From the IMG/VR virus record IMGVR_UViG_3300010361_000001: a stretch of 64,000 nucleotides of DNA; one strand, given 5' to 3'. Shown piece after piece: positions 19,981 to 29,619 of the stretch (position 1 is the first letter of the stretch; the number at the start of each line of letters is the position of its first letter). Position numbers and translations under genes: made by a program. Below the pieces are notes generated by a model. It had not been told where the DNA came from. It saw only the letters and a list, made by a program, of their open reading frames with translations, and made no database searches. This DNA is from an uncultured virus (IMG/VR IMGVR_UViG_3300010361_000001) (lineage: Duplodnaviria > Heunggongvirae > Uroviricota > Caudoviricetes).

Positions 19981-20431
19981 CTCCTACCTCCTTGACGTGC
20001 GCTGCACAGATCACCTGGACAAGTTTGCAGGTTTCGGCGTGGCCCGCCAGGGCCTCTTCCTCTGTGCTGTAGCGCCACTGCTCCAGGTCTAGGTCGCCGC
20101 CGAAGATCATGGTCTCAAAGATCTTGATGGGGCGATCCGGCCACCAGTTGTGGTCCAGCCCTAGCCATACCGTGGACACCTCGACGGGCGCGTCACCCAT
20201 GATGTAGACGTCCTTGGCGATGACCTTGTAGTCATAGTCAGCCAGGTAGTCGTTCGCCACCACCATGGGGATGCGCTTGCCCTGCTTGTCATACCAGTGA
20301 TCAGTACCAAACGGATTTAGTTCAGCCCAGGTGTGAGGGCCGTCCTCGATGTTCAGGGACGTGTGGATACGCCACCAAAGACCCCTACGTTCCTCCCAAC
20401 GCCAGGGACCGGGCAGGTTGCTCAGGGGCAC
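19958..20431 (-). CDS. hypothetical phage protein
   Basis: VSTVWLGLDH...FETMIFGG...RYST.EEA.AGH. Confidence 0.7.
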   Translation of the reverse strand: MPLSNLPGPWRWEERRGLWWRIHTSLNIEDGPHTWAELNPFGTDHWYDKQGKRIPMVVANDYLADYDYKVIAKDVYIMGDAPVEVSTVWLGLDHNWWPDRPIKIFETMIFGGDLDLEQWRYSTEEEALAGHAETCKLVQVICAAHVKEVGDGEGNGG

Positions 20432-21714
20432 TACCGCACGAGGGCCTTGACGGTCTCACGCACCACCAAGGGCTTGTCAGCAGGCCCCTTCTGATAGGCG
20501 TCAATCAGCTTGGGCCGGTGAGTGTTGTCGGAGGGATACCACTGGTTGCGCCAGTGGCTGCCGACGATCCAGCGGTGGCTCCACTCGACGTCCCGCTGCT
20601 CACCCTTGGTCCGGGGCGCCGCCTCCCGCAGCCTGATGATGCGGACATCGGGGATCGAGCGCCAGCCCTCGCGCTGAGCCTGGCGCCGGATGTTCCGGTC
20701 AGGCTTATAGGTCTCCTGGAGAGCTATCCGCTGGCTACAGAGCGCCCAAAACGTCGCCAGGATGCGCCGGTCCTCCAGCATGGACTGCTCCATCCGGGGG
20801 TTGCCAGCGGGCAGCTTGGAGAAGTCAGTGGTCATGCAGTCGACCGGCCACTCCGACCCCCCAGTGGGGTGCAGGCGCATGGGCATGGCGGTACGGAAGG
20901 TGTTGCGCTCCGTCTCGTCCATCATGCGCCAGGTGTGGATCAGGTCACGCCAGCAGTAGGTCTCGATCCCCCAGCACACCCCCACCTTGGTGGTGACGGT
21001 GCGCCACAGGTAGGCCGTGGTGTAGATCTCGGTGCCGGTCTCGGCGTCGAGGCCCGCCAGGGACCGGGAGAAGACCACGAAGCCGTCCTTGCAGGGCGGC
21101 TCCGGGATGCAGTCCGGGATGGAGGGAGCCATGGCCGTGACCAACTGGGTCATCTCGGTCGACACCCAAAAGAGTTCGGCGTCCCGGAAGCCGTCCTCCA
21201 CCCAGCCCCTGGCTGCCTCAGCGTCGAGGGGGGTGTTCTCAAAGCCCTCGATCGGGCGGCGCCCCTGGAGGGCGTAGCGCTGCTGCCAGACCCCTGGCTC
21301 CGACCACCAGTCCAGTAGCTGCTTGCGGACGTGGACGACGTCGGCGGGCCGGAGGGACATCTCCAGGACATGGTCCGGGATGGGGTTCTCGGCCTCCATC
21401 CGCCGCATCTCGTTGTGGATCAACTCCCGCTGGCGGGCAGCGGAAGCCGTCCGATCCTGTGGAGCCTGGTGAGGCTGGAGGGTCCGCTCGCCCGCCTGAG
21501 TCTTGCCGTCCAGATTGCCGGGGTACTCCGGGTCGTAGGCGGCAGCCAGGCTGTCCGGGGTGTAGGCCCGCATGTCATCGACCTGCTTGCCCTTGTGGAC
21601 GTGGGTGGTGGCCCGTGCTGACTGAGCCGTGCCGTCAGCCGGATCGCGTGGCTGCCTCTTCGTCGCCTGCCGCACATATCGAGGATCAGCGGCTCGCCGT
21701 CTACGCTTGCTCAT
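20431..21714 (-). CDS. hypothetical phage protein, paralog of 61469 ORF
   Basis: C-terminal WSHRWIVGSHWRNQW...KGPADKPL. Confidence 0.75.
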   Translation of the reverse strand: MSKRRRRAADPRYVRQATKRQPRDPADGTAQSARATTHVHKGKQVDDMRAYTPDSLAAAYDPEYPGNLDGKTQAGERTLQPHQAPQDRTASAARQRELIHNEMRRMEAENPIPDHVLEMSLRPADVVHVRKQLLDWWSEPGVWQQRYALQGRRPIEGFENTPLDAEAARGWVEDGFRDAELFWVSTEMTQLVTAMAPSIPDCIPEPPCKDGFVVFSRSLAGLDAETGTEIYTTAYLWRTVTTKVGVCWGIETYCWRDLIHTWRMMDETERNTFRTAMPMRLHPTGGSEWPVDCMTTDFSKLPAGNPRMEQSMLEDRRILATFWALCSQRIALQETYKPDRNIRRQAQREGWRSIPDVRIIRLREAAPRTKGEQRDVEWSHRWIVGSHWRNQWYPSDNTHRPKLIDAYQKGPADKPLVVRETVKALVR

Positions 21715-22625
21715 TCCGGCACCGGCCAGGCCATACGAGTGGTGGGCGTGTAGACCCACTTCAGTTGGCGGATGGGCTTGCCCTCACGCCACGCGTTCCA
21801 CGCCGTCAGGACATAGGCGACGTAGCGGTAGTCCGGGGCACGGCCCCTGGTGTGCCGCTTGGCGGCATCTTCCAGGCACCACTCCCGCAGCCGGAAGATG
21901 GGATCGCTGGCCCTGAGGTCAGTCCCCTCCAGCCAGGACTTGAAGAAAATGTCGACCTCCTGGTCGATGTTCGGATCGTCTATTTCCCGGAGGCGATGGT
22001 AGATCGCCAGGGTGGCGCCAGCACGCACCTTGAGGTTGTTGACGTGCTTGCCGATCTTGGGCGCCTCTTCGGCCAGGTTCTTGTTGGCGTCGTAGAGGGC
22101 CAATAGCTGGCGGAAGGTGGGCCGCTGCTGCGGCTCCGCATAGTGAGCTACGCCGCTGGCCTCTGAGTACTGCATGCGATGCAGCCAGAAGAGCGCTGAG
22201 GAGACGTACGTGTAGTACGGCACTCCCCTGCGCTGCAACTGGTCCCCGAGTTGGCGTGGTAGCCCCGAGTCGAACACCTCCTGTGCCTTGGAAGGCACGC
22301 CCCTAAGGACGATGAATCGAGCCGGGATCCCCGTGATCACCACAGCGCTGAGCCGATGCTGACCGTTGAGGAGGGTGCCGTCTTCGTCAAAGACGATGGC
22401 GTCACCGGTTAGCTCCCACTCCCCTCGTTGGAGAACTTGGGCATGCTGGAGGACTCGTGGCTCCCGCAGGTTGCGGTTGTCGACGTTCCCCTCAAGCCAC
22501 TTCTGAGCCTGAGCGGGAGTCACCTCCATGATCCGAACGCTCTCGTTCGTCTTACTCACCTTCCCATTGCCGTTGTTATTGGTCTTGGTTGACTTCGTGG
22601 TAGTTGTAGCCGACTGCTGTGACAC
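21711..22625 (-). CDS. ParB-like N-terminal domain protein
   Basis: VTPAQAQKWL..N..NR, GEW, LLNGQHRLSAV. Confidence 0.75.
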   Translation of the reverse strand: MSQQSATTTTKSTKTNNNGNGKVSKTNESVRIMEVTPAQAQKWLEGNVDNRNLREPRVLQHAQVLQRGEWELTGDAIVFDEDGTLLNGQHRLSAVVITGIPARFIVLRGVPSKAQEVFDSGLPRQLGDQLQRRGVPYYTYVSSALFWLHRMQYSEASGVAHYAEPQQRPTFRQLLALYDANKNLAEEAPKIGKHVNNLKVRAGATLAIYHRLREIDDPNIDQEVDIFFKSWLEGTDLRASDPIFRLREWCLEDAAKRHTRGRAPDYRYVAYVLTAWNAWREGKPIRQLKWVYTPTTRMAWPVPE

Positions 22626-22988
22626 TTAGACCGCTGCCTTCTTTCTGCTCCTAGTCTTGACTGGCTCAGGAACTTCCTGGCCGATGGAGTTGGACTTCTC
22701 CAACTTAGCACGGAGCTTGGAAAAAAGCTCTTCACGGAAGATGACTTTCGGGACGCCTTTTTGCTGGTACCCATCCGGGTAGATGTAGCGGCGCCCCATC
22801 ACCTTGCCCTTGAAGTCGATGTTGTCATGCCGTTCTGTCTGGCAGCGCAAGCACCTCAGCGACAGGCGCCAGCCGTACCAGGGCGCCTCCATGTCGATCG
22901 GAGCGAACTCGTCCCATGCGTGTCCATAGGACCGACAGCGCAGGTAAGTGAGATCGAGTGAGGTGTCTATGCGATGCACTGTCGCCAC
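22626..22988 (-). CDS. hypothetical Zn-ribbon protein
   Basis: CRSYGHAW...LRCLRC. Confidence 0.65.
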   Translation of the reverse strand: MATVHRIDTSLDLTYLRCRSYGHAWDEFAPIDMEAPWYGWRLSLRCLRCQTERHDNIDFKGKVMGRRYIYPDGYQQKGVPKVIFREELFSKLRAKLEKSNSIGQEVPEPVKTRSRKKAAV

Positions 22989-23163
22989 AGCTTGCCTCCT
23001 GGTTTCCAGCCTGGGCAGTGATTTTCCGGGGATGCTAGCATCCTCCGATTGTTGTGACTACAGGGAGGAGAAGCCTCTGGCACTGACCAGGGTTCGTGTC
23101 AACCGACTCGTTCCCTCAGCAGACCCATCGCACGAGCCGAAGGGGCTACGACGAAAGGATCCC

Positions 23164-23865
23164 ATGAGGAAACTTCTACTTGCCGCCGCCATGTTGGGCG
23201 GCTTTCTTATAGCAGTACCCGCTCAAGCGGCGACAGCCGCACCGACACCAGACGCAGGAGCGCAAGTGGCGGCAGCCAGTGGTTCGCCACCGAAAGCCCT
23301 GGTACTGACCGCAGCGGCACCGAAGCTCCCCACGTACACGATCGTGAGTGGGGACACGCTTTGGGCACTGGGTCTGAGGTTCGGGAGGACGTGGAGCGCG
23401 CTGGCAAGCTGGAACCACATCCCTAACCCGAACCTCATCTACGTCGGGAACGTGCTGACGATCCCACCGGCCAGCTTTAACACCCCTGCGCCGGTTATAC
23501 CCAGCACCCCTGTACATAGCCAGTACAACTATGCACCGATGAAACAGCAGGTCAGCACCCCTGTTTTGCATAGTCGTACTTCCTATGTAGCACCTACGGC
23601 CCCCTCAGGGGGAGGCTCCGGGGGCTACACGGGGATTTGGGCCTGCATCGCCCAGCACGAGTCCGGTGGCAACGTCCACATCAACACCGGGAACGGCTAC
23701 TACGGTGGCCTCCAGTTCACGGCTCAGACGTGGGCGGCGTACGGGGGCCAGGGCAGTGCCGCCGACGCGTCAGCCGCTGAGCAGATGGCGGTCGCCAACC
23801 GGGTCGTTGCCGCCAACGGTGGCTACGGGGCCTGGCCGAACACCAGCAGGATGTGCGGGGTCTAA
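23164..23865 (+). CDS. secreted LysM + Rpf-type transglycosylase
   Basis: signal peptide; YTIVSGDTLW...NPNLIYVG LysM; W.CIAQHESGGN..INTGNGYYGGLQF...W...AW. Confidence 0.92.
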   Translation: MRKLLLAAAMLGGFLIAVPAQAATAAPTPDAGAQVAAASGSPPKALVLTAAAPKLPTYTIVSGDTLWALGLRFGRTWSALASWNHIPNPNLIYVGNVLTIPPASFNTPAPVIPSTPVHSQYNYAPMKQQVSTPVLHSRTSYVAPTAPSGGGSGGYTGIWACIAQHESGGNVHINTGNGYYGGLQFTAQTWAAYGGQGSAADASAAEQMAVANRVVAANGGYGAWPNTSRMCGV

Positions 23866-23900
23866 ACTGATCACCGCTACGTGAACACGTAGTCACAACG

Positions 23901-23937
23901 AAAAATCCCCCGGCGCCCGTCGTCGGGGGATTTTTTT
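23901..23937 (+). terminator. intrinsic terminator
   Basis: AAAATCCCC...GGGGATTTTTTT. Confidence 0.8.
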
Positions 23938-24046
23938 GTGTACCTTGGGTGTCAGCACTATCAGCCCCGTAAGAGGCGCCAGGGCGGCACCCGCCACCCC
24001 CTGGAGGGCCTAAGGGGACGTGCGAGGCGCCCATGCTGGCGCCGGG

Positions 24047-24080
24047 ATCCTCCCCCACCCGCCTGGGGGAGGATTTTTTT
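24047..24080 (+). terminator. intrinsic terminator
   Basis: ATCCTCCCCCA/TGGGGGAGGAT followed by T-run. Confidence 0.8.
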
Positions 24081-24143
24081 CTGCCTGACTTTACGACAGG
24101 TCCAAAAACCTGCTAAGGTGACTTCCGCTGCATCTACCACAGC

Positions 24144-25109
24144 ATGACCTACGAAAGGAAACCAATGGCAAAGCGCCGCTCATGGCCTCCCATCATCCAG
24201 GAGGCCCGCAACATCGTCAACAGCTACAACCCTGGTGGGACCGGCTACCTGATCACCCTCCGGCAGCTTCACTACCGGCTGTACATGAGTCCCCTGGGCC
24301 TGGGCTACCACAACAACGAGGACGACTACAAGTACCTCTCCAAGCTCACCGCTGAGGGGCGCCGGGAGGGCACCTTCCCCGATCTCCTGGACGAGACCCG
24401 TGAGGTCCACCAGGCCGACTCCTGGGATGACCCCGCCGACGCCGTCAACTGGATGGCTGGTTACTACCGGCGTGATCGTACGGAGGGCCAGCCCTACTAC
24501 ATCGCCCTGGCTGGAGAAAAAGCCACCCTGTTGGCCCAGTTGAACGCCTGGTTTTTCGACAGGGGGTTGCCGGTCATCCTGACCCGTGGCTACGGTTCAC
24601 AGACCTATGTGGACGAGGTGCGCCGGAAGGTGCAACGCGAAGCCGGGGGGCGCACCACGATCCTCATCTACGCCGGGGATCTGGACCCGTCCGGGATGGA
24701 CATCCTGCGTGACTTCCAGGCCCGCTGCCCGGTGTGGGACAAGGTCGAACACATCGCCGTGAAGATCGAGCAGGTTGAGCGCAAGAGGGGCCACATCAGG
24801 GAGTTCCTGGGCCTGGCGAAGATCACGCCCGCCGATGACTACGCCAAGTTCTTCTTCACCGGCAACCACCCCAAGGCCGGTGAGTACCGGGATTCGCGTG
24901 CCCCGTCCTTCATCGCCAGGTACGGGGAACTGTTCCAGACCGAAGTCGAGGCCATCGAGCCTGACACCCTCCGGCGCCTCTACACCGAAGCACTCGATCA
25001 GGTTTGGGACGAGTCGGCATACGAGGCGTCCCTGGCCCAGGAGGAAGCCGATAAGGCCCACCTCCACGAGATCGCTGACGGAATGGAGGACGACGATGAC
25101 GATGAATGA
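24144..25109 (+). CDS. TopoVI-A/Spo11-like wHTH-TOPRIM protein (alternative start 24165)
   Basis: TLRQLHYRL, GEK, RGYGS, YAGDLDPSG.DI, EVEA. Confidence 0.75.
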   Translation: MTYERKPMAKRRSWPPIIQEARNIVNSYNPGGTGYLITLRQLHYRLYMSPLGLGYHNNEDDYKYLSKLTAEGRREGTFPDLLDETREVHQADSWDDPADAVNWMAGYYRRDRTEGQPYYIALAGEKATLLAQLNAWFFDRGLPVILTRGYGSQTYVDEVRRKVQREAGGRTTILIYAGDLDPSGMDILRDFQARCPVWDKVEHIAVKIEQVERKRGHIREFLGLAKITPADDYAKFFFTGNHPKAGEYRDSRAPSFIARYGELFQTEVEAIEPDTLRRLYTEALDQVWDESAYEASLAQEEADKAHLHEIADGMEDDDDDE

Positions 25110-25815
25110 CACCCTCTTCGCCCAGCAGGCTGAGATCGGACGGCGCCTCAAGGCTGAGGCCGTCCGCAAGTTCGGCAAGACCCGTGACCCGGAGGACGCC
25201 GACATCATGGGCTACTGCTCGTGCGTGAGGAACGGTCGACCGACCTTCCTCGTGTACCACGGGCCTGGCCCCTTCGCCATGAGGGAGTGCGTCTTCTGGA
25301 GCGCTCTGACCACCCAGTGTTCCGAGATCTTCGTGGTCTCCGACGCCCGCTACAAGGTGCTGGAGAGCCTGGACGAGGGGCTACCAGCCCCTGGGGGCCT
25401 CCAGGACGACTGGGAGGCCGGTCGACGTGACGGCATCCATGAGTGCCTGTCGATCTACCGGTTCCCCTTCATCGGGGAGCCGACGTCGGCCCAGTACCCC
25501 TACGTCCGGGAGGGCACCAAGCTGACCTGGGGCAAGATCATGTACTTCCCCAACGCTGAGCAATCCGGCGCCATATGGGACGCTGCCAGGACGGGCTGGG
25601 CCAAGCGACGCGAGATCGAGCCTGGCCTCATCGACAGGGCCAACGCCATCGGGCGGGCCATGAAGCTCACCGAAGCTGAGCAGCGCAATCACCAGGACTG
25701 GGGCATCGGTCGGTATCTCTCCCGCCAGAAGAGCGTCTTTATGGTGGACTACATGCCCGACGAGGTCTTCTTCATCGACGGGGAGACCCTGGATGAGAAG
25801 GGACTTGGCAACTGA
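25102..25815 (+). CDS. hypothetical protein
   Basis: coupled to the previous gene. Confidence 0.65.
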   Translation: MNDTLFAQQAEIGRRLKAEAVRKFGKTRDPEDADIMGYCSCVRNGRPTFLVYHGPGPFAMRECVFWSALTTQCSEIFVVSDARYKVLESLDEGLPAPGGLQDDWEAGRRDGIHECLSIYRFPFIGEPTSAQYPYVREGTKLTWGKIMYFPNAEQSGAIWDAARTGWAKRREIEPGLIDRANAIGRAMKLTEAEQRNHQDWGIGRYLSRQKSVFMVDYMPDEVFFIDGETLDEKGLGN

Positions 25816-26401
25816 GCGGACGACTGCCCCCAGGCTGGCTGGACACGCATGACCCCTACGCCGGGTGGGAACACGGCCTCATCGAGTACAAGAACCCCCA
25901 CACCGGCACCCGCCATCTGCGCTGCACAGAATGTTCATCCACAGCATGTGGAAAATCTGTGGATCGTATGGAGGAACTGGGGGCCATCGACCCCCAGGAG
26001 ACTCCCTGGATCCACGCCCTGGCCTGCGCCAAGTGCAAGCGTGCCCTGGAGCGTGGCAGCCTGGGCTACAGCATCCTGTTCCCCCGGCCCCGTACCACCA
26101 CCTTCGTAGAGGGTCCAGGGCCGGAGCCGGGGGAGGACGCCTACCGGTATCGCCCGCCCCCAATGCTGGGGGTGCCCGACAAGGGCTAGGTCGCATTATT
26201 TCCAGACCCTGGCACTCTCAGAGAGTGTGGGGAGCAACGGAGATAACCCCAGCTTCGACCCAGTGCCTCCAGAGGTCATCCAAAGGGCCAAAGACGCCTT
26301 TAAGCGTAGGCTTGAGGATGAGAGAAAGGAGGAGCCTGCCGAGAAACAGAATCCGCCCGATGAAGGCCCCCCTGGGGGCAAGCCAGGGGGGCTTTCTTCT
26401 C

Positions 26402-26956
26402 CTAACGGCGCCTAGCCACCGGGCGCAGCAGCCCGTTGTTGGCCCCCTGGGTGCTGATCGGGCCGGGACGACGCTTCTTGGTGCCACCCTTACCGGACTT
26501 CTTGCCCTGGACCCTGACGGCCCGCAGGCCCGGTGAGATCCGGCCCAGCCGCACCGTGCCCAGCAGGCTGCTGAGGTCGTTCTTGTTGACCTTGGACATG
26601 TCGAAGGCGATGGTGGTCATACGGGCCAGGTCCATCGTCTTGTACTTGATGGCGTAGGTGGGGTACTCGATGTAGCTGTAGGTGCGTCCGATCTCGGCCC
26701 ACACTGCCCCGAAGGAACGCGTGCAGCCGTGGGAGATCAGGCACTGGGTGTTGCTGCCCGTGACGGCGCCGTTCGTGTCGGCCAGGATCAGATCGACGTC
26801 GAGGTCGTTGTCAGCGAAGTACAGCGGCTTTTTGACAGGATCCCCGTTGGCGTCGAGGTCGCAGGGCACCCCAGTGTCATCGAGGCGCACGTACGCCCTG
26901 GGAGCCTGCTGGTTGGGCACAGGGATGGGTGTGATGGTCGGTTTGACCTTTGGCAT
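26402..26956 (-). CDS. hypothetical protein with basic tail
   Basis: SD AGGAGGT. Confidence 0.7.
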   Translation of the reverse strand: MPKVKPTITPIPVPNQQAPRAYVRLDDTGVPCDLDANGDPVKKPLYFADNDLDVDLILADTNGAVTGSNTQCLISHGCTRSFGAVWAEIGRTYSYIEYPTYAIKYKTMDLARMTTIAFDMSKVNKNDLSSLLGTVRLGRISPGLRAVRVQGKKSGKGGTKKRRPGPISTQGANNGLLRPVARRR

Positions 26957-27031
26957 GGCGTCACCTCCTGGTGAGGGCCGCATCTTCGCGCAACATCGCG
27001 AAAAGCGCAATGCGGCATTCCACAGCGCCGC

Positions 27032-27241
27032 CTACAGCCGCTCCTCGTCGCTCCAGACCACCCCAGGGACCACGTCATCGACGTCGTACGGCCCCCCGAA
27101 GACGCCAGGCCAGTCCGGTCTCGGCTTCGAGCCGCCCTCGTCCACCAGGGCCTGGTAGTACTCGTTGAATCCGGGCCAGTACGGGAAAATAGTCTTGCCG
27201 GCGCGTGCCAGCCCGGAGACGGGATTATCGGGGGAGGCCAT
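27032..27241 (-). CDS. hypothetical protein
   Basis: operon position. Confidence 0.5.
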   Translation of the reverse strand: MASPDNPVSGLARAGKTIFPYWPGFNEYYQALVDEGGSKPRPDWPGVFGGPYDVDDVVPGVVWSDEERL

Positions 27242-27551
27242 CGACGGGCCTGCCGTCCACCCCCCAGCCATCGGGGGGCCTGCCCATCTCCTGCTCCAGG
27301 AGCCAGGAGCCGTGGATCTCATGCGTCTTGCCCCGGCCCACCATGATGCGCTTCTTGGTCTCGTCCAGGACGCGTCCGAAACGCTCCTTGATGTCCAGGG
27401 CCTGGAGCCACTCGTAGTCGGGATCGCCCGGACCCTGCTTGCCCACGCCCCGCTCGTCGCCGGTCGCGTTGCGGTAGCGCCGGTCGAACTCCTCCGGCAT
27501 GATGCCCTCGTCGGCTAGCTCCTGCCACAGCACCTTGAGCGCCGCCTTCAC
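27225..27551 (-). CDS. hypothetical protein
   Basis: GTGA-coupled. Confidence 0.6.
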   Translation of the reverse strand: MKAALKVLWQELADEGIMPEEFDRRYRNATGDERGVGKQGPGDPDYEWLQALDIKERFGRVLDETKKRIMVGRGKTHEIHGSWLLEQEMGRPPDGWGVDGRPVDGLPR

Positions 27552-27784
27552 CTGGGCGACGAGCCGTGGTAGCGGTCCAAGTCCTCTGTGGTGACCTGGA
27601 GGGGGTTGTCGTTGTCGTCCCTGGTGATCTCGACGTCGTCATCGTCAATGGTGGCCCACAGGTAGGGCGACATGGCCGCCAGGGCGTCATCGAAGGACGC
27701 CCCAGGCGGCAGGTCACTCCTGGTCTCGGAGTCCAGGATGGCGAACTTGTCGAGCAGGCTCTTGCTCACCACATGGTTAGCCAA
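27548..27784 (-). CDS. hypothetical protein
   Basis: coupled. Confidence 0.55.
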   Translation of the reverse strand: MANHVVSKSLLDKFAILDSETRSDLPPGASFDDALAAMSPYLWATIDDDDVEITRDDNDNPLQVTTEDLDRYHGSSPR

Positions 27785-27932
27785 CCCGCTCCACCTCCTC
27801 GATGCTCATGACGTCGCCATCGGCGGCGTAGAAGCCCTCAGCCCAGCGTACGGTGGCCTGGGCGGCGTCGTCAGCGGCCTGAAGCTCCGGGGCCTGGAAG
27901 ACGATCTGGATGGTCGCCAGGTACTGCTTCAC
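27777..27932 (-). CDS. small hypothetical protein (51 aa)
   Basis: MKQYLATIQIVFQAPEL...; fills gap, GTGA overlap; translated by hand. Confidence 0.55.
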   Translation of the reverse strand: MKQYLATIQIVFQAPELQAADDAAQATVRWAEGFYAADGDVMSIEEVERVG

Positions 27933-28267
27933 GAGGCCACCGTCTCCGGCACGCCCTCCACCCAGCCCATGACCTCGTTGATGGCGCCGTAGTCCATCTC
28001 GGCGTCAGAGGTCTCGTCGTCCCGCAGGGTCTCGGCCAGTAGCACGGTCAGGGGGCTGTAGCGCACGTCGTCCCGGTGGGTGGCGGCGTTCATCCTGTCC
28101 CGGTAGTAGTGGAACTTGAAGGCTTCAGCGATGACCCCGTAGGCGGCAGCCCGCTGCTCCAGGCGAGTAGCCGCCTCCTTGTTCAGCCCCTGCCCGACCC
28201 CGTTGAGGGCTTTCATCATCCTGGGCGTGACCAGCTTGCCAGCCAGTTCGTGGTCGGTCAGTGTCAT
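27929..28267 (-). CDS. hypothetical protein
   Basis: SD AGGAGGT, preceded by CTACCAC and TAGACT -10. Confidence 0.7.
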   Translation of the reverse strand: MTLTDHELAGKLVTPRMMKALNGVGQGLNKEAATRLEQRAAAYGVIAEAFKFHYYRDRMNAATHRDDVRYSPLTVLLAETLRDDETSDAEMDYGAINEVMGWVEGVPETVAS

Positions 28268-28416
28268 AATCCACCTCCTGTGGTAGGGGGGCGAGTCTAC
28301 GTTATTTTTCCCGGAAGATCCGGCAGGCGTGCTGCCACCGGGCGTCTTCGGCCCTGGTGTGATGCCAGGACCGACGACGCTTGCGATGCTTGCCCTTCTG
28401 CCGCTTCTCCCGCCCG

Positions 28417-28785
28417 TTAGTCCTCCTCTTCCTCTTCATCGGGGTCGTACTCCACCCAGGACTCACCGGAGGCGATCTCACCGGCAGTCGACTCGTAGTC
28501 GTCCTTCAGTTCCTCTTCCTTCTCCTCTGACGCCTGCTGGCCCTGGTCGTAGATCCAGCCCGACACCAGCTTGGTCACCTCCTGCTGGTCCAGTTGCTCG
28601 CCGTCTTCGGTCCTGTAGCTCTCCATGATGAAGTCGATCACCAGGCTGTACTCCTGGTAGTCCCTCAGGTAGCTCTCCTGATTGGACCGGGCACTGGTAC
28701 GCGCCTGCCAGGCGGCAGGATCCTCACCAGGAGCCTGGGTCCACCACTCCGGGTCGTTGTAGTCGGGTAGCTCGATGGTTGTCAT
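28417..28785 (-). CDS. acidic hypothetical protein
   Basis: GAAAGG-CA-CTACCAC-A-ATG leader. Confidence 0.7.
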   Translation of the reverse strand: MTTIELPDYNDPEWWTQAPGEDPAAWQARTSARSNQESYLRDYQEYSLVIDFIMESYRTEDGEQLDQQEVTKLVSGWIYDQGQQASEEKEEELKDDYESTAGEIASGESWVEYDPDEEEEED

Positions 28786-28807
28786 TGTGGTAGTGCCTTT
28801 CTGTTGG

Positions 28808-29050
28808 TTATGTCTGTCCGGGGAACTTGAACACGCGCTCTTCGACCACCGTCACCGTCCAGCCGGTCACGGTCACGCTGTCGTCGCCGCTCGATATGGT
28901 CATGTACTTGCCGGGGACGGTCTCGCCGTAGTCGTCCTTCTCGACTAGCTCGTCCTCCAGGGTTTGGGCCAGCAGGCTGGCGATGCGCTTGATGTCGCCC
29001 TTCTGCTCTGAGATCTCCGGTTCGATGATGAAGCGCATCAGGAGATCCAC
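28808..29050 (-). CDS. hypothetical protein
   Basis: operon position. Confidence 0.6.
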   Translation of the reverse strand: MDLLMRFIIEPEISEQKGDIKRIASLLAQTLEDELVEKDDYGETVPGKYMTISSGDDSVTVTGWTVTVVEERVFKFPGQT

Positions 29051-29619
29051 ACTTCGGATCCGGCCAGGACCACCATCATCACCAGCGGTAGCTCGTCCCC
29101 CAGGGCGCCCGCACCGGCTATCACCTGGCCGGTGTGCCCGTTCAAAACCACCGCAGGGGTGTACCGGGGGTTGTACTCGCCCTTGGCGGCGTCGGGGTCC
29201 ACGTTCTCCCCTATGACGCTGCGTAGCGCCACCACGGCATGCACAGCGTTGTCAGCCTGCTCCTCACCGAAGCGGAACACCGCAGCGGTCTCGGGGATCT
29301 TCAGGTCGACGTTGGTCTTGCCGCCACTCAAGTTCATAGCGGCTATGTCCAGGATGGAGGCGCCCGCCAGCGGCCAGGCTGACGAGTAGGTGATCTCGCC
29401 CCGCTCCTCCAGGAACAGCGCCGGTTGGTATCCCGGCTTCCTCACTCGTAGCCAGGCGTCAGCCATCTCCCTGGTCACCTCCATGACCGTGAGGACCGGA
29501 GGCGCCAACTGGATAGGGTCCGGGAGGGGTTCTCCTCCCATATCGTGGGTGGCGCCAGGCTGCCATGGCTCCCCGTGTACGGGGATGACGAGCATGCGCC
29601 CCTGAAAGGTGAAGGGCAC
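29038..29619 (-). CDS. hypothetical protein
   Basis: first gene after a TAGTAT -10 / GGCTACTACCAC leader. Confidence 0.65.
   Translation of the reverse strand: MPFTFQGRMLVIPVHGEPWQPGATHDMGGEPLPDPIQLAPPVLTVMEVTREMADAWLRVRKPGYQPALFLEERGEITYSSAWPLAGASILDIAAMNLSGGKTNVDLKIPETAAVFRFGEEQADNAVHAVVALRSVIGENVDPDAAKGEYNPRYTPAVVLNGHTGQVIAGAGALGDELPLVMMVVLAGSEVWIS

Noticed and set aside
23045..23163. c-di-AMP (ydaO) riboswitch before the rpf-like gene
   Set aside because: Signature segments such as GCUGAAUCC and CCCGUCAGCUAAC are absent
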